A DNA stretch of 64,000 bases from an uncultured Acidobacteriota bacterium (lineage in GTDB: Bacteria; Acidobacteriota; Thermoanaerobaculia; UBA5066; Gp7-AA6), in NCBI GenBank assembly GCA_963764715.1, contig CAVXTP010000011.1, positions 27,979 through 91,978 on the forward strand, read 5' to 3'. A program made the position numbers and the translations under genes. Position 1 is the first letter of the stretch; every line of letters starts with the position of its first letter. Shown one piece after another: positions 19,828-30,065 of the stretch. The notes beneath the pieces were generated by a model that ran no database searches, was not told where the DNA came from, and worked only from the letters and a program-made list of their open reading frames with translations.

Positions 19828-20661
19828 CTAGCCGGTGCGGGAACTCCGCGTGCGGCGCCGGACCCCGCGCGGCTGGCAGGTCTCGCACGCGAACATCCGC
19901 CGCGCCGAGAGCGGGAACTCGCGGATCGGCGTCGCGCAGCGGCGGCAGAACTGCGCCTGGTACACGTAGAAGGAATCGTCCCCGGGCCCGCGTCCCGAAA
20001 GCGGGTGCGCGGGCTCCCGCGCGGCGACGGTGCGGACGCGCGCCTGGACGACCCCGCGCCGCATGAGGCGGCGGACCGTCCGCCACAGCGCGTCCCACTC
20101 GTCCGGCGTGACGCGCCCGCTCGCGCGGAGCGGATGGATGCCCGTCAGGTACAGCGCCTCGTTGCGGTAGATGTTCCCGACTCCCGACAGCACGCGCTGG
20201 TCGAGGAGGGCGTCGCCGATCGCGCGCTTCGGGCGGCGCTGGAGCTCGCCCCACACGCGGTCCGGGTCGAAGTCGCTCCGCAGCGGGTCCGGGCCCAGGC
20301 GCGCGAGCAGGGCGCGCCGCGCGAACTCGGGCATCAGCTCGCAGGTGGGCGGGCCGATGAGGTCCGTCGTGACCGCCCTCGTCGCGAGGCGCATCCGGAC
20401 CGTCGGCCGCGGCTCCGGCGCCTCGCCCCGATACCGGTAGAACCAGCCCGCCATCCCCAGGTGCACGTGGACGACGAGGCCGCCGCTCCAGTGGTGGAAG
20501 AGGTGCTTGCCGAACGCCTCCGCGCGGCGGAACTGGCGTCCGTCGAGCCGTTTCGCCTCCCGCGAGAAGCGGCCCTGCGGCGAGGCCACGGCGGGCCGCC
20601 TCCCGCCGAAGTCGCGGTTGTGGAGCCGGGCCAGGCGGTGGATCGTGTTGCCCTCGGGCAT
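19828..20661 (-). CDS. Fpg/Nei family DNA glycosylase
   Basis: N-terminal MPEG, GKHL, HLGM, LLDQ..GVGNIY (H2TH), C-terminal CxxC...CxxCQ zinc finger. Confidence 0.93.
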   Translation of the reverse strand: MPEGNTIHRLARLHNRDFGGRRPAVASPQGRFSREAKRLDGRQFRRAEAFGKHLFHHWSGGLVVHVHLGMAGWFYRYRGEAPEPRPTVRMRLATRAVTTDLIGPPTCELMPEFARRALLARLGPDPLRSDFDPDRVWGELQRRPKRAIGDALLDQRVLSGVGNIYRNEALYLTGIHPLRASGRVTPDEWDALWRTVRRLMRRGVVQARVRTVAAREPAHPLSGRGPGDDSFYVYQAQFCRRCATPIREFPLSARRMFACETCQPRGVRRRTRSSRTG

Positions 20662-20722
20662 ACCCGGACTCTAATGCGATCGACCCGCGTCCGTCGCCCC
20701 GCCTTTGGAGTAGGTTGACGGC

Positions 20723-22906
20723 ATGAAACCGGGCCCCCGCCGTCTCCTCCGGATCCTCGCCGCGGTCGCGGCCGTCCTCGTCCTGCTCCTTCTGGCGCTG
20801 CCGTTTCTCGTGCCGCTCGACGCCGTCCGCGCGAAGGTCGTCGCCGCGGCCGAGTCCGCCCTCCACCGGAAGGTCGAGATCGGGAAGATGCGGCTCCAGA
20901 TCTTCTCGGGCGTCGGCGCCGGCGTCGAGAAGGTCGCGGTGCGCAACACGGACGGCTGGGAGAGCCCGACGCTCCTCTCGGCCGACGCGGCTTCGATCAA
21001 GGTCGCCTTCTGGCCGCTCCTCTCGCGCCGCGTCGAGGTCCGGCGGATCGTGCTCGAGGGCGTGACCCTGACGATCGAGCGGTCGCCCTCGGGGGCCCTG
21101 AACGTCGACGACTTCCTTTCCGCGGGCTCGCGGGACAGCGCGCCCGCTTCGCAGACCGCGGCCGCGGCGCTCCTCGTTTCGCGGATCGACATCGCGCGGG
21201 GCCGGGCCGCCTTCGTCGACCGCAAGGTCGCGCCGGGCCGTACGGTCACGACCTCGCTCGACGACCTGACGGGACGGATCGTCGACGTGTCCCCGTCGAT
21301 GCCCGCGCGCTTCGACCTTTCGGCGCGCTTCCTCGCCGACGCGGGACGCAATCTCTCGCTCCAGGGAACCCTCGGCCCGCTTCCGACGAGCGGTCCCGTC
21401 GGGCAGGCCCCGCTGAAGACCACCTTCGCCGCGAAGGACCTCGCTCTCGGTCGGCTCGCGCCGTACGTCGCGGCCTTCGCCGCGTCGGATCCGGGGAAGT
21501 TCTCGATCAGCGGCACCGCGGACGGCGCCCCGCTCGGCGCGCTCGCGATCGCGGGCAAGTTCGCGCTCGTTCCGGCCGCGCCGGCGTCCCGCATTCCGCC
21601 GGCCGACGGCACCTTCGCGATCGCGTTCGACTGGGAACGCGGCACGCTCGGGCTCTCGAACACCCTGATCTCGGCGGCGAACCTGCCGCTCCGGATCGAG
21701 GGGCGCGTCGAGGGCCTGCGCAAGGAGCCGCGCGTCGACCTGCGGATCGCGACACCCGGCGACGTTTCGATCGACAGCGTCACGGGGCTGCCGGGGATCG
21801 CCGGAACGCTTCCGGCCGGAGTCAAGCTCGCCGGGCGCCTCCGGCTCGAGGCGCAGGTCCGGGGGACGGCCGCCGATCTCGAGACGGAGGCCTCCGTCGA
21901 CGCCGCGCCCTTCGCCGTCACCTCCGGCGGAAAGCCGCTCCTCGGGGCCGCCTCCGCACGGGCCACGCTCGCCTCGCGCGGGAAGGCGCCGATGTCGGGC
22001 CGGATCACGGTCCCCTCGGGCAGCGTGCGCAACGTCCCGTTCGAGAAGCTGGCCGCCGACTGGACCTGGAACGAGGGCGCGCTCACGCTCGTTCCTTCGG
22101 CGACCGTCTACGGCGGGACGCTCTCGGCGCGCATCGAGTCCGACTTCGCGCACCCGAACTCCGATTCGCACCTGTCCTTCGAGGTCCGTGGCGTCGAAGC
22201 AAAGCCGCTCGTGGAGTCGGCGACTTCGCTTCGGGACGTCGTCTCGGGGCGGCTCGAAGGCAAGCTCGCGATCGCGAGCCGCGGTCTCGGGTGGGAGGCG
22301 ATCTCGAAGACGGGCCGTGGGGACGGGCGCATCGCGGTCGCGGACGCGGATCTGCGCACCGTGCAGCTGATGCCGGAGGTCGCCCGCTCGCTTTCGGCCG
22401 TCGGAAAGGTCGCCGGCTTCCAGGTTCCGGCGAGCCTCGAGTCCACGAAGTTCTCGACGCTCGAGACGTCGCTTCGGCTGGCGGACGGCCGCGTCGCGAC
22501 GCCCGACCTGAAGCTCTCGGGCCGCGACGTCGCCGCGACGGCCGACGGCTCGATCGGCCTCGACCGGACGATCGCGTACCAGGGCCGCATCGTTCTCGGC
22601 CCGGCCGTCGTGAAGAGCCTCGGCGGCGCCGGCCGGTACCTCGCGGACTCCGAGGGGAAGCTCGCCCTTCCGTTTCGCGCCTCCGGCCCCGTCTCCTCGC
22701 CGAAGGTCACGATCGACGAGAGCATCGTCCTCGACCTCGGCCGCCGCGTGCTCGCCCGCCAGGCCGGGGAGAAGCTCGGCGGAACGGCCGGACAGGTGCT
22801 CGGAAACGTTCTCGACAGCGGCGACGGCAAGGCCGCGAATCCCGCGGACCTGCTCCAGCAGTTTCTCAAACCTCCGCCGGCCACGCCGACGCCTCGACCC
22901 AGATAA
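20723..22906 (+). CDS. AsmA family protein
   Basis: N-terminal TM anchor, AsmA N-terminal pattern, beta-rich body, C-terminal LPFRASGPVSSPKV. Confidence 0.85.
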   Translation: MKPGPRRLLRILAAVAAVLVLLLLALPFLVPLDAVRAKVVAAAESALHRKVEIGKMRLQIFSGVGAGVEKVAVRNTDGWESPTLLSADAASIKVAFWPLLSRRVEVRRIVLEGVTLTIERSPSGALNVDDFLSAGSRDSAPASQTAAAALLVSRIDIARGRAAFVDRKVAPGRTVTTSLDDLTGRIVDVSPSMPARFDLSARFLADAGRNLSLQGTLGPLPTSGPVGQAPLKTTFAAKDLALGRLAPYVAAFAASDPGKFSISGTADGAPLGALAIAGKFALVPAAPASRIPPADGTFAIAFDWERGTLGLSNTLISAANLPLRIEGRVEGLRKEPRVDLRIATPGDVSIDSVTGLPGIAGTLPAGVKLAGRLRLEAQVRGTAADLETEASVDAAPFAVTSGGKPLLGAASARATLASRGKAPMSGRITVPSGSVRNVPFEKLAADWTWNEGALTLVPSATVYGGTLSARIESDFAHPNSDSHLSFEVRGVEAKPLVESATSLRDVVSGRLEGKLAIASRGLGWEAISKTGRGDGRIAVADADLRTVQLMPEVARSLSAVGKVAGFQVPASLESTKFSTLETSLRLADGRVATPDLKLSGRDVAATADGSIGLDRTIAYQGRIVLGPAVVKSLGGAGRYLADSEGKLALPFRASGPVSSPKVTIDESIVLDLGRRVLARQAGEKLGGTAGQVLGNVLDSGDGKAANPADLLQQFLKPPPATPTPRPR

Positions 22907-22917
22907 GGAGGATTCCC

Positions 22918-23628
22918 ATGCGCACGCGTCTCGTCCTCGCCCTCGTTCTTCTTTCCTCCGCGTCGGTCTCCTACGCCCAGATCGACCTGGGAAAGATCTT
23001 CAAGTCCGACTCGAAGTCGAATCTCTCCAACGGCGACATCGTCGCGGGCCTGAAGGAGGCGCTCGAGGTCGGCACGACCAACACGGTCGACCTGACCGGA
23101 AAGGTCGACGGCTACTTCGCCAATGCCGCGATCAAGATCCTCCTGCCCTCGCAGCTCCAGAGCGTCGAGCAGGGCCTGCGGATGATCGGCCAGGGCCAGA
23201 AGGTCGACGAGCTCGTCCTCGGGATGAACCGCGCGGCGGAGAAGGCGGCGCCCGCGGCGAAGGACATCTTCTGGGGCGCCATCAAGGGGATGTCGTTCGA
23301 CGACGCGCGCCAGATCCTCGCGGGAGGGGACACGGCCGCGACGGAGTACTTCCGCGCGAAGACGAGCGACACGCTCACGGCGGCGTTCCGTCCGGTCGTC
23401 GACGACACGATGAAGCAGGTCGGCGTCGTTCAGCAGTACGATCAGCTCGTCGGCGCGTACAAGTCGGTTCCGTTCGCGTCGAGCCTTCCGGCCGTCGACA
23501 TCCAGGCCTACGTCGTCGGCAAGGCCCTCGACGGCCTCTTCCTGGTGCTCGGCGAACAGGAGAAGAAGATCCGGACGAACCCGTCCGCGCAGGTCACCGA
23601 CCTGCTCAAAAAGGTCTTCGGAAAGTAG
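22918..23628 (+). CDS. DUF4197 domain protein
   Basis: GLKEALEVG, MNRAAEKA, ATEYFR, KALDGLF..EEKKIRTNP motifs; signal peptide. Confidence 0.9.
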   Translation: MRTRLVLALVLLSSASVSYAQIDLGKIFKSDSKSNLSNGDIVAGLKEALEVGTTNTVDLTGKVDGYFANAAIKILLPSQLQSVEQGLRMIGQGQKVDELVLGMNRAAEKAAPAAKDIFWGAIKGMSFDDARQILAGGDTAATEYFRAKTSDTLTAAFRPVVDDTMKQVGVVQQYDQLVGAYKSVPFASSLPAVDIQAYVVGKALDGLFLVLGEQEKKIRTNPSAQVTDLLKKVFGK

Positions 23629-23708
23629 GGGCGGCGTCACCGCCGCGCTGCGCAGGGCGTTCCCTCATTGCCGGGGGTTTGCCTTCGTTGGCCGGGTCGC
23701 GGCCGCCC
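23625..23708 (+). repeat. GTAG-type REP-associated dispersed repeat, copy 1
   Basis: Begins GTAGGGGCGGCG; highly similar to the reverse complement of 28431-28512 (shared CCGGGGGTTTGCCTTCGTTGGCCGGGT). Confidence 0.8.
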
Positions 23709-23724
23709 GGTTTTCGGGCGGGTT

Positions 23725-25350
23725 CTACGCCGACCCCGCCGTTTCCGCCGGTGTCGCGGGCGCGGGGAGCGCCGGCGCGGTCGCGCCGCCGACCTCCTTG
23801 CGCCAGGCCTCGAGGCCGCCCTTCAACGCCCAGGCCTGGAAGCCCATGCTCCGCAGCTTCTCCGCGACCCGGACGCTCGTGGCGTCGTTCGGGCAGGTGC
23901 AGTAGGCGACGATCGGCTGCTCGCGCGGGCGCCGGACGGCCCAGGCCTCGACCTCGTCCGGCGGCACGCGCACGTCCCCCGGAATTCCGGCCGGGTCCTT
24001 CTCGTAGCTCGAACGCGACCGGACGTCGAGAATCAGGGGAAGCTCGTCGGTCGCCCTCCAGGGCAGCAGGTCCCGGGGCTCGATCGTCGGCGTCCCAACG
24101 GCGACGACCTTTCCGGAACGCAGCAGGTCCGCGGCGCTGCTCACCCGCTCCTCGGCGAGCGTCTCGCGGGCCACGCGTGCGGCGTACCGCCCCGCCAGCG
24201 GAGTGGCCGAAATGCCGTGCAGGACGACCGAGACGGTCACGACGACGCCGACGATCGCGAGGATCGTCTGGGCGCCGGGCAGCTTCGCCTGCACGACGAG
24301 CAGCGCGAGGAGCAGCGACGCCAGCCCGCGCGGACCGAACCAGGCGATGAAGGCGCGGGCGCTGCCGGAGACCGAGGCGTTGCGGAGCACGATCGCGACC
24401 GCCGCCGGCCGCGCGACGAAGAGCGTGACCGCCGCGAGCGCGAGGGTCGCGGGCAGCGGCACCGTGCCGACGAGCGTGGAGAGCACGGCGCCGAAGAGGA
24501 TGAAGGCGAAGAGCATGATCATCTCGGACGTCGCGTCGCCGTACTCGAGGAAGCAGTCGCAGAGCCGCAGGTCGAGCGCGGCAATGGCGGCTCCGGCCGC
24601 GAAGGCGGCGAGGAACCCGTCGCCCCCGACGGCGACGGCCGCCGTGTACGTCGCGAAGACGAGGCCCAGGCCGTAGAGCGACTGGTACTCCCGCCGGATG
24701 CCGAACCGCCGGTCCATCCGGGACATGATCCAGGCCCCCGCGGCGCCGATCCCGAAACCGAGGGCGGGGCCGAGCACCAGGAGCTTCCCGAGGACCATCG
24801 CCCACTCCCCGGCGCTCGAGGCCTCGGCCCGGACGACGGCGATCGTGATGAGAACGATCGGCAGCACGACGATGTCGTTCGTCGCCGCCTCGGTCGTCAG
24901 CGACTGGCGCACGGCGCCCGGGATCCGCTTGTCGCGGACGACGTCCCGGACCACGACCGGGTCGGTCGAGGAGAGGATCGCGCCGACGAGGATCGAGGAC
25001 GCGAGGCCGAGGCCGAGGAGGAAGTGCGCGCCGGCGGCGACGAGAACGAGCGTCAGCAGCGTGCCCGGCCCGAGCACCAGCGAGGGGACGAGCCACTCCC
25101 GGGACGACCGGTCGAACTTCATCCTCACCGCGTCGAGAAAGAGGACGAGCGCCAGGGTGACGGTCGCCACCGCCTCGAGCGTGCGGGAGTCGGGCTCGGT
25201 CGAGATGACGCCCCGGCTCCCGAGCAGGAACCCGAGGCCCAGGAAGATCATCGGGAACGACAGGGGCGCCCGCGAGACGAACCCCTCGGAGAGTCCGGCG
25301 AAGATGAGCACGAACGCCGCAAGCCCCAGGATCGTCAGCAGATCGGGCAC
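23725..25350 (-). CDS. CPA1 (NhaP-type) cation:proton antiporter with C-terminal rhodanese domain
   Basis: SSTDPVV, TEAATND, WFGPRG motifs; C-terminal LDVRS...YCTCPNDATS...LKGGLEAW. Confidence 0.88.
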   Translation of the reverse strand: MPDLLTILGLAAFVLIFAGLSEGFVSRAPLSFPMIFLGLGFLLGSRGVISTEPDSRTLEAVATVTLALVLFLDAVRMKFDRSSREWLVPSLVLGPGTLLTLVLVAAGAHFLLGLGLASSILVGAILSSTDPVVVRDVVRDKRIPGAVRQSLTTEAATNDIVVLPIVLITIAVVRAEASSAGEWAMVLGKLLVLGPALGFGIGAAGAWIMSRMDRRFGIRREYQSLYGLGLVFATYTAAVAVGGDGFLAAFAAGAAIAALDLRLCDCFLEYGDATSEMIMLFAFILFGAVLSTLVGTVPLPATLALAAVTLFVARPAAVAIVLRNASVSGSARAFIAWFGPRGLASLLLALLVVQAKLPGAQTILAIVGVVVTVSVVLHGISATPLAGRYAARVARETLAEERVSSAADLLRSGKVVAVGTPTIEPRDLLPWRATDELPLILDVRSRSSYEKDPAGIPGDVRVPPDEVEAWAVRRPREQPIVAYCTCPNDATSVRVAEKLRSMGFQAWALKGGLEAWRKEVGGATAPALPAPATPAETAGSA

Positions 25351-25451
25351 GGCCCCGGATTCTATGGCGGCGGTCCGCGCAAACCCGGGAGGCCGCTTTA
25401 CGTATCCACTCGCAACGGCCGGGCGGAGCCCTGTCGAATCAGGAGGAAGCC

Positions 25452-27497
25452 TTGAAATCCGCTCGCTGGACTCTCGGAATCGCGGCCGTCTCGCTCGCCG
25501 GCGCCCTGGGCGCCTCTCCGGCCGGGGACGATCTGCCCCCGCCCGCCCGGTCGCTCGCCGTCGCCGACATGGACCCGAAGGCCGAGGCCTGCACCGACTT
25601 CTACCAGTATGCCGTCGGGGGATGGCTCGAGAAGAACCCGATCCCCTCGGACCGTCCGCGGTGGGGCACGTTCGACGAGCTCCGGCAGCGCAACCTCGAC
25701 AGCCTCCGGAAGATCCTCGAGGGGCTCGCGGCGGACAAGTCCTCGCCGGCCGGATCCGACGAGCGGAAGCTCGGAGACTTCTACGGCGCCTGCATGGACG
25801 AGGCCGCGATCGAGGCCTCGGGCATCCGCCCGATCGAGCCGGAGCTCGCCCGGATCGCCGCGATCAAGAACCTCCCGGCGCTGCGCGAGGAGATCGCCCG
25901 GCTCCAGACGATCGGCGTGAACGTCCTCTTCCAGTTCGGATCCGAGGAGGACCGCAAGGACTCCTCGAAGGTCATCGCCGCGGCCCTGCAGGGCGGGCTC
26001 GGGATGCCGGACCGGGACTACTACACGAAGACCGACGCCAAGTCGGAGGAGCTGCGTGCGAAGTACGTCGCGCACGTGCAGAAGATGCTGACGCTCGGCG
26101 GCGCCCCGGCCGACGCCGCGGCCGCCGACGCGAAGTCGATCATGGTGCTCGAGACGAAGCTCGCCGAGGCGTCGCAGACCAGGGTCGACCTGCGGAACCC
26201 CGACAAGACCTACCACCCGATGACCGTCGCGGCCTTCGCGAAGGAGTCGCCGAACTACGCCTGGCCCGCCTACTTCTCGGAGCAGAAGCTGCCGTCCGGC
26301 ACGGAGGTCAACGTCTGGCAGCCGTCCTTCTTCCAGGCCACGGACAAGCTCCTGACCTCGGTTCCGCTCCCGACCTGGAAGACGTATCTCCGCTGGCAGC
26401 TGCTTGCGGCGGCGGCCCCGACGCTGACGAAGGCGTTCGTGGACGAGGATTTCGCCTTCAACGGCAAGACCCTCGCGGGAACGCCCGAGATCCAGCCGCG
26501 CTGGAAGCGCTGCGTCGCGGCGACCGACAACGCGATGGGGATGGCCCTCGGCCGCGTCTACGTCAAGGAGTACTTCCCGCCGGCAGCGAAGAAGCGTGCC
26601 GACGAGCTCGTCAAGAACCTCCTCGCCGCCCTGAACGACGACCTGAAGACGCTGACCTGGATGGGCGAGTCGACGAAGAAGGCGGCGGCGGCGAAGGTCG
26701 CGGCCTTCCTGCCGCGCATCGGATACCCCAACCAGTGGCGCGACTACTCGAGCCTCTCGATCTCGCGCGCGTCCTACGCCGCCAACGTCGAGGCCGCGAC
26801 GCGGTTCGAGTGGAAGCGGGACCTCGCCAAGATCGGCAAGCCCACCGACGTCAACGACTGGGGAATGACTCCGGCGACCGTGAACGCGTCGTACAACCCG
26901 GCGAAGAACGCGCTCACGTTCCCGGCCGGCATCCTTCAGCCCCCGTTCTTCTACCCGGAGGGCGACGACGCCATCAACTACGGCTCGATCGGCGGAGTGA
27001 TCGGCCACGAGATCACGCACGGCTTCGACAACTCGGGCCGCAAGTTCGACGCGAAGGGCAACCAGGTCGACTGGTGGACCGAGGCCGACGCGAAGGCCTT
27101 CGAGGAGCGCGCGAAGTGCATCATCCAGCAGTTCGACGGCTACTACGTCGAGCCGGACCTCCACCAGAACGGCGAGCTCGTGCAGGGCGAGTCGATCGCG
27201 GACCTGGGCGGTCTGACGATCGCGCACCGCGCGTTCCGGATGAGCCTCCAGGGCAAGCCCGAGCCGGCCCCGATCGACGGGTTCACGGCCGACCAGCGCT
27301 TCTTCCTGGCGTGGGCGCGCATCTGGGCCTCGAACAACCGCCCCGAGTTCGCGCGGCTTCTCGTCCAGACCAACGAGCACCCGCTCGGCAAGTACCGCGC
27401 GGTCGGGACCATCGTCAACATGACGGAGTTCGCGAAGGCGTTCTCCTGCTCGGCCGGCGCGCCGATGGTGAAAGAGGCCGCCTGTCAAATCTGGTAG
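25452..27497 (+). CDS. M13 (neprilysin-family) zinc metallopeptidase, secreted
   Basis: AGGAGG RBS, TTG start, HEITH, NASY, GESIADLGG; paralogue of 3996-6125. Confidence 0.93.
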   Translation: MKSARWTLGIAAVSLAGALGASPAGDDLPPPARSLAVADMDPKAEACTDFYQYAVGGWLEKNPIPSDRPRWGTFDELRQRNLDSLRKILEGLAADKSSPAGSDERKLGDFYGACMDEAAIEASGIRPIEPELARIAAIKNLPALREEIARLQTIGVNVLFQFGSEEDRKDSSKVIAAALQGGLGMPDRDYYTKTDAKSEELRAKYVAHVQKMLTLGGAPADAAAADAKSIMVLETKLAEASQTRVDLRNPDKTYHPMTVAAFAKESPNYAWPAYFSEQKLPSGTEVNVWQPSFFQATDKLLTSVPLPTWKTYLRWQLLAAAAPTLTKAFVDEDFAFNGKTLAGTPEIQPRWKRCVAATDNAMGMALGRVYVKEYFPPAAKKRADELVKNLLAALNDDLKTLTWMGESTKKAAAAKVAAFLPRIGYPNQWRDYSSLSISRASYAANVEAATRFEWKRDLAKIGKPTDVNDWGMTPATVNASYNPAKNALTFPAGILQPPFFYPEGDDAINYGSIGGVIGHEITHGFDNSGRKFDAKGNQVDWWTEADAKAFEERAKCIIQQFDGYYVEPDLHQNGELVQGESIADLGGLTIAHRAFRMSLQGKPEPAPIDGFTADQRFFLAWARIWASNNRPEFARLLVQTNEHPLGKYRAVGTIVNMTEFAKAFSCSAGAPMVKEAACQIW

Positions 27498-27571
27498 CCC
27501 GGCGGGGGAGCCGGGCGATTCGCCAAACTGCGACCCCGAGATAGCTCCCGCGACGGCTCTAGAATCTCCTC

Positions 27572-28357
27572 GTGGCTCGCCTTCCCGCCCTGTTCGTCTC
27601 GCACGGCTCGCCGATGATCGCGCTCGAGGACGACCCGTGGGGGCGGGCGCTCCGGGCCTTCGCGGCGAAGCTTCCCAGGCCGCGCGCCGTCGTCGTCGTG
27701 TCCGGTCACTTCGAGGCGCCGGGCCCAGTCCGCGTGACGGCGTCGCCGGCGCCCGAGACGATCCATGATTTCGGCGGGTTCCCCGCGGAGCTCTACGAGA
27801 TCCGGTATCCGGCCCGGGGCGACCCGGGACTGGCGGCACTGACGGTTCGGCTGCTCGACGAATCCGGTTTTCAGGCCAAGCTCGATTCCGAGCGCGGGCT
27901 GGACCACGGCGCGTGGGTGCCGCTGCGCTCCCTCTATCCGGATGCGGACGTGCCCGTCGTCGAGATCTCGCAGCCGCTCCGCCGCCAGCCCGAGGACGCT
28001 CTCCGGATGGGCGCGGCCCTCTCGCGCCTGCGCGACCAGGGCGTGCTGCTGCTCGGCACGGGCGGCATCGTTCACAACCTGCGCGAGGTCGACTTCGAGG
28101 ACCGCGCGGACCGCGTCGCGGGCTGGGCGCGCGAGTTCGACGCGTGGGTCGCCGAACGCCTCGAGGCCATGGATTCGGCCGGGATCGCGTCCTACCGCAC
28201 GGCCGCGCCGCACGCCGAGCGCGCGGTCCCCACGCCCGAGCACTTCGATCCGATCTTCGTCGTGCTCGGCTCGTCGATCGCCGGCGAGCGCGTGACGACG
28301 ATCCACGAGGGCTTCCGCTACGGGACGCTCTCGATGCGGAGCTTCGCGGTCGGGTAG
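27572..28357 (+). CDS. Class III extradiol dioxygenase (LigB/DODA/YgiD-like)
   Basis: FVSHGSP, TIHDFGGFP, GLDHGAWVP, VHNL, PTPEHF motifs. Confidence 0.92.
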   Translation: MARLPALFVSHGSPMIALEDDPWGRALRAFAAKLPRPRAVVVVSGHFEAPGPVRVTASPAPETIHDFGGFPAELYEIRYPARGDPGLAALTVRLLDESGFQAKLDSERGLDHGAWVPLRSLYPDADVPVVEISQPLRRQPEDALRMGAALSRLRDQGVLLLGTGGIVHNLREVDFEDRADRVAGWAREFDAWVAERLEAMDSAGIASYRTAAPHAERAVPTPEHFDPIFVVLGSSIAGERVTTIHEGFRYGTLSMRSFAVG

Positions 28358-28382
28358 CGCATCGTCGATCCGGGTTCCGGCC

Positions 28383-28512
28383 GTAGGGGCGGGGCTCGTC
28401 CCCGCCCTTTGAGAGCGCGATGCGCAGGAAGGGCGGCCGCCACCCGGCCAACGAAGGCAAACCCCCGGAGTAGGGAACGCCGTGCGCCGCACGGCGGTAA
28501 CGCCGCCCCGAC
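28383..28512. repeat. Composite REP element: 25-bp GTAG REP plus inverted copy 2 of the dispersed repeat
   Basis: GTAGGGGCGGGGCTCGTCCCCGCCC at 28383-28407; 28431-28512 is the reverse complement of the 23625-23708 unit; lies between convergent genes. Confidence 0.8.
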
Positions 28513-28552
28513 GACCTTGAACGCTCGGGCTCGGCGGAGCGAGACCGCGCGC

Positions 28553-28774
28553 CTAGGCTTTTTTCGAAGGCATCAGCGTCAGCACCAGGCCCAGGACGCC
28601 GAGGCCCGCCGCCACCCAGCGGGCGGTTTCCCAGCCTTCCTTCTTCGAGCGCTCGCTCGACGAGAAAACCTGCTTGATGCCGCCTTCGACCGAGTCGTAG
28701 CCGGCGCGCTGGCTCGAGGCCAGCACGAACCCCACGAGACCCAGGACGAGCAGAGCGATGCCTATGCGTTTCAT
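28553..28774 (-). CDS. Small two-TM membrane protein
   Basis: GAGG RBS; MKRIGIALLVLGLVGFVLA...WVAAGLGVLGLVLTLM. Confidence 0.7.
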   Translation of the reverse strand: MKRIGIALLVLGLVGFVLASSQRAGYDSVEGGIKQVFSSSERSKKEGWETARWVAAGLGVLGLVLTLMPSKKA

Positions 28775-28880
28775 GGGGACCTCACTGAGCAAGGACGATA
28801 CCAACTCCGGTCCGGATCTCCGCCGGTCCCCGCGAAAGAAGGACCCCCTCTCCCCGGATTCGGGGAGAGAGGGCTCGCCG

Positions 28881-30065
28881 TCACAGCGAGTTGAGGAAGG
28901 CGTACAGGAGCGTCTTCTGCCAGCCCGGCAGCGCGGCGAAGCGGTCGCGCGCCTTCTTGCCCTGGCCGTCGTGCGCCAGGATGGCCTGCGCGTAGGTCGT
29001 CGCCCGGCCGTCGTGGAGGAAGCGCGTGACCTTGCGCAGGCCCCAGAGCGGCGCGGTGCGCATGAGCCTGCCCGTGGCGTTGTTCTGCGTGATCCCGTCG
29101 CCGAGCGCGCCCATGTCGTGAAGCAGGAAGTCCGACCAGGGGTGGTAGAGGACCTTGTTCAGCGCCGGGACCGGGTTCGCTCCCGTCCGGATGACCGAGC
29201 GGTGGCAGCCGACGCAGCCGACGCCCCGGAAGACGAGCTCGCCCGCGGCGGCGGATGCCGTGACCGGGCCGCGCGGCGGGGGGGCGAGAAACGTCATGAA
29301 GTCCGCGAATGCGGCGACGCCGCTGCCGTCGTCGTTGAGCCCGGGCGCCGGGTTGCAGGACAGCGAGTCGCAGTCGCCGCCGGGGCAGTTCTCGTCCGGG
29401 AACTGCGGGCTCGTCACGCCCATTTCGTTGACGTAAGCGTCTCCCGAGAACTGGAACAGGGTGGGGTTCTGGGCCTTCCAGCCGAACTTGCCGACCGCGT
29501 TCTTTCCGGTCGAGATGTCGGGCACGACCGAGACCTTCCCCGCGATCCCGTCCGGGTTCAGGAGCTCCTCGGCCCGGATCGCGTAGAAGGTCAGGTCGGG
29601 CGTGGCGTCGACGAGCCCGAGGCCGAAGAGCGGCGTGGTGCGCCGGTCGGCGAAGATCGTAGCGCCGGCGGGGACGAGCTCCGCCAGGTACTCGCAGTCG
29701 CCCGAGACGCCGATGCCGTTCTTCTGGATGAGCGAGCCGCCGAGCTCCGGCATTCCGTCGAAGCGCCCGTCGGGGCCGATGCGGCCGAAGCGCGTCTCGA
29801 GGATCTCGCTGCCGCCGCCGGCGGCGGGCGCGAGATGACACGTTCCGCAGGAGACGTCGTTGAACGCGGGGCCGAGGCCCTGCTCCGGGGTTTCCACCTC
29901 GTTGAATTCGTCGAGGCCGGCGTCGAAGCGCTCGAGCTCGTCGCTCGAGAGCCCCGCGAGGGGCTGGCCGAAGTCGGGAGGCGGCGCGAGCGCGGGAGTC
30001 AGGGCGAGCGAACCTCCGATGACGAGAGAGGCGAGACCCGTCCGAAACGAAACTTTCGAGCCCAT
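28881..30065 (-). CDS. Di-heme oxidoreductase (DHOR-like) cytochrome c, secreted
   Basis: GLGPAFNDVSCGTCH, GKFGWKA, GCVGCH, SDFLLHDMG, RTAPLWG, LHDGRA. Confidence 0.88.
   Translation of the reverse strand: MGSKVSFRTGLASLVIGGSLALTPALAPPPDFGQPLAGLSSDELERFDAGLDEFNEVETPEQGLGPAFNDVSCGTCHLAPAAGGGSEILETRFGRIGPDGRFDGMPELGGSLIQKNGIGVSGDCEYLAELVPAGATIFADRRTTPLFGLGLVDATPDLTFYAIRAEELLNPDGIAGKVSVVPDISTGKNAVGKFGWKAQNPTLFQFSGDAYVNEMGVTSPQFPDENCPGGDCDSLSCNPAPGLNDDGSGVAAFADFMTFLAPPPRGPVTASAAAGELVFRGVGCVGCHRSVIRTGANPVPALNKVLYHPWSDFLLHDMGALGDGITQNNATGRLMRTAPLWGLRKVTRFLHDGRATTYAQAILAHDGQGKKARDRFAALPGWQKTLLYAFLNSL

Noticed and set aside
28449-28485. GGCAAACC...GGGAACGC resembling a c-di-GMP-I riboswitch 5' half (also on the minus strand near 23655-23690)
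   Set aside because: Lacks the GAAA tetraloop, ACGCAAAG and P3; both copies lie between convergent 3' ends inside a REP-like repeat
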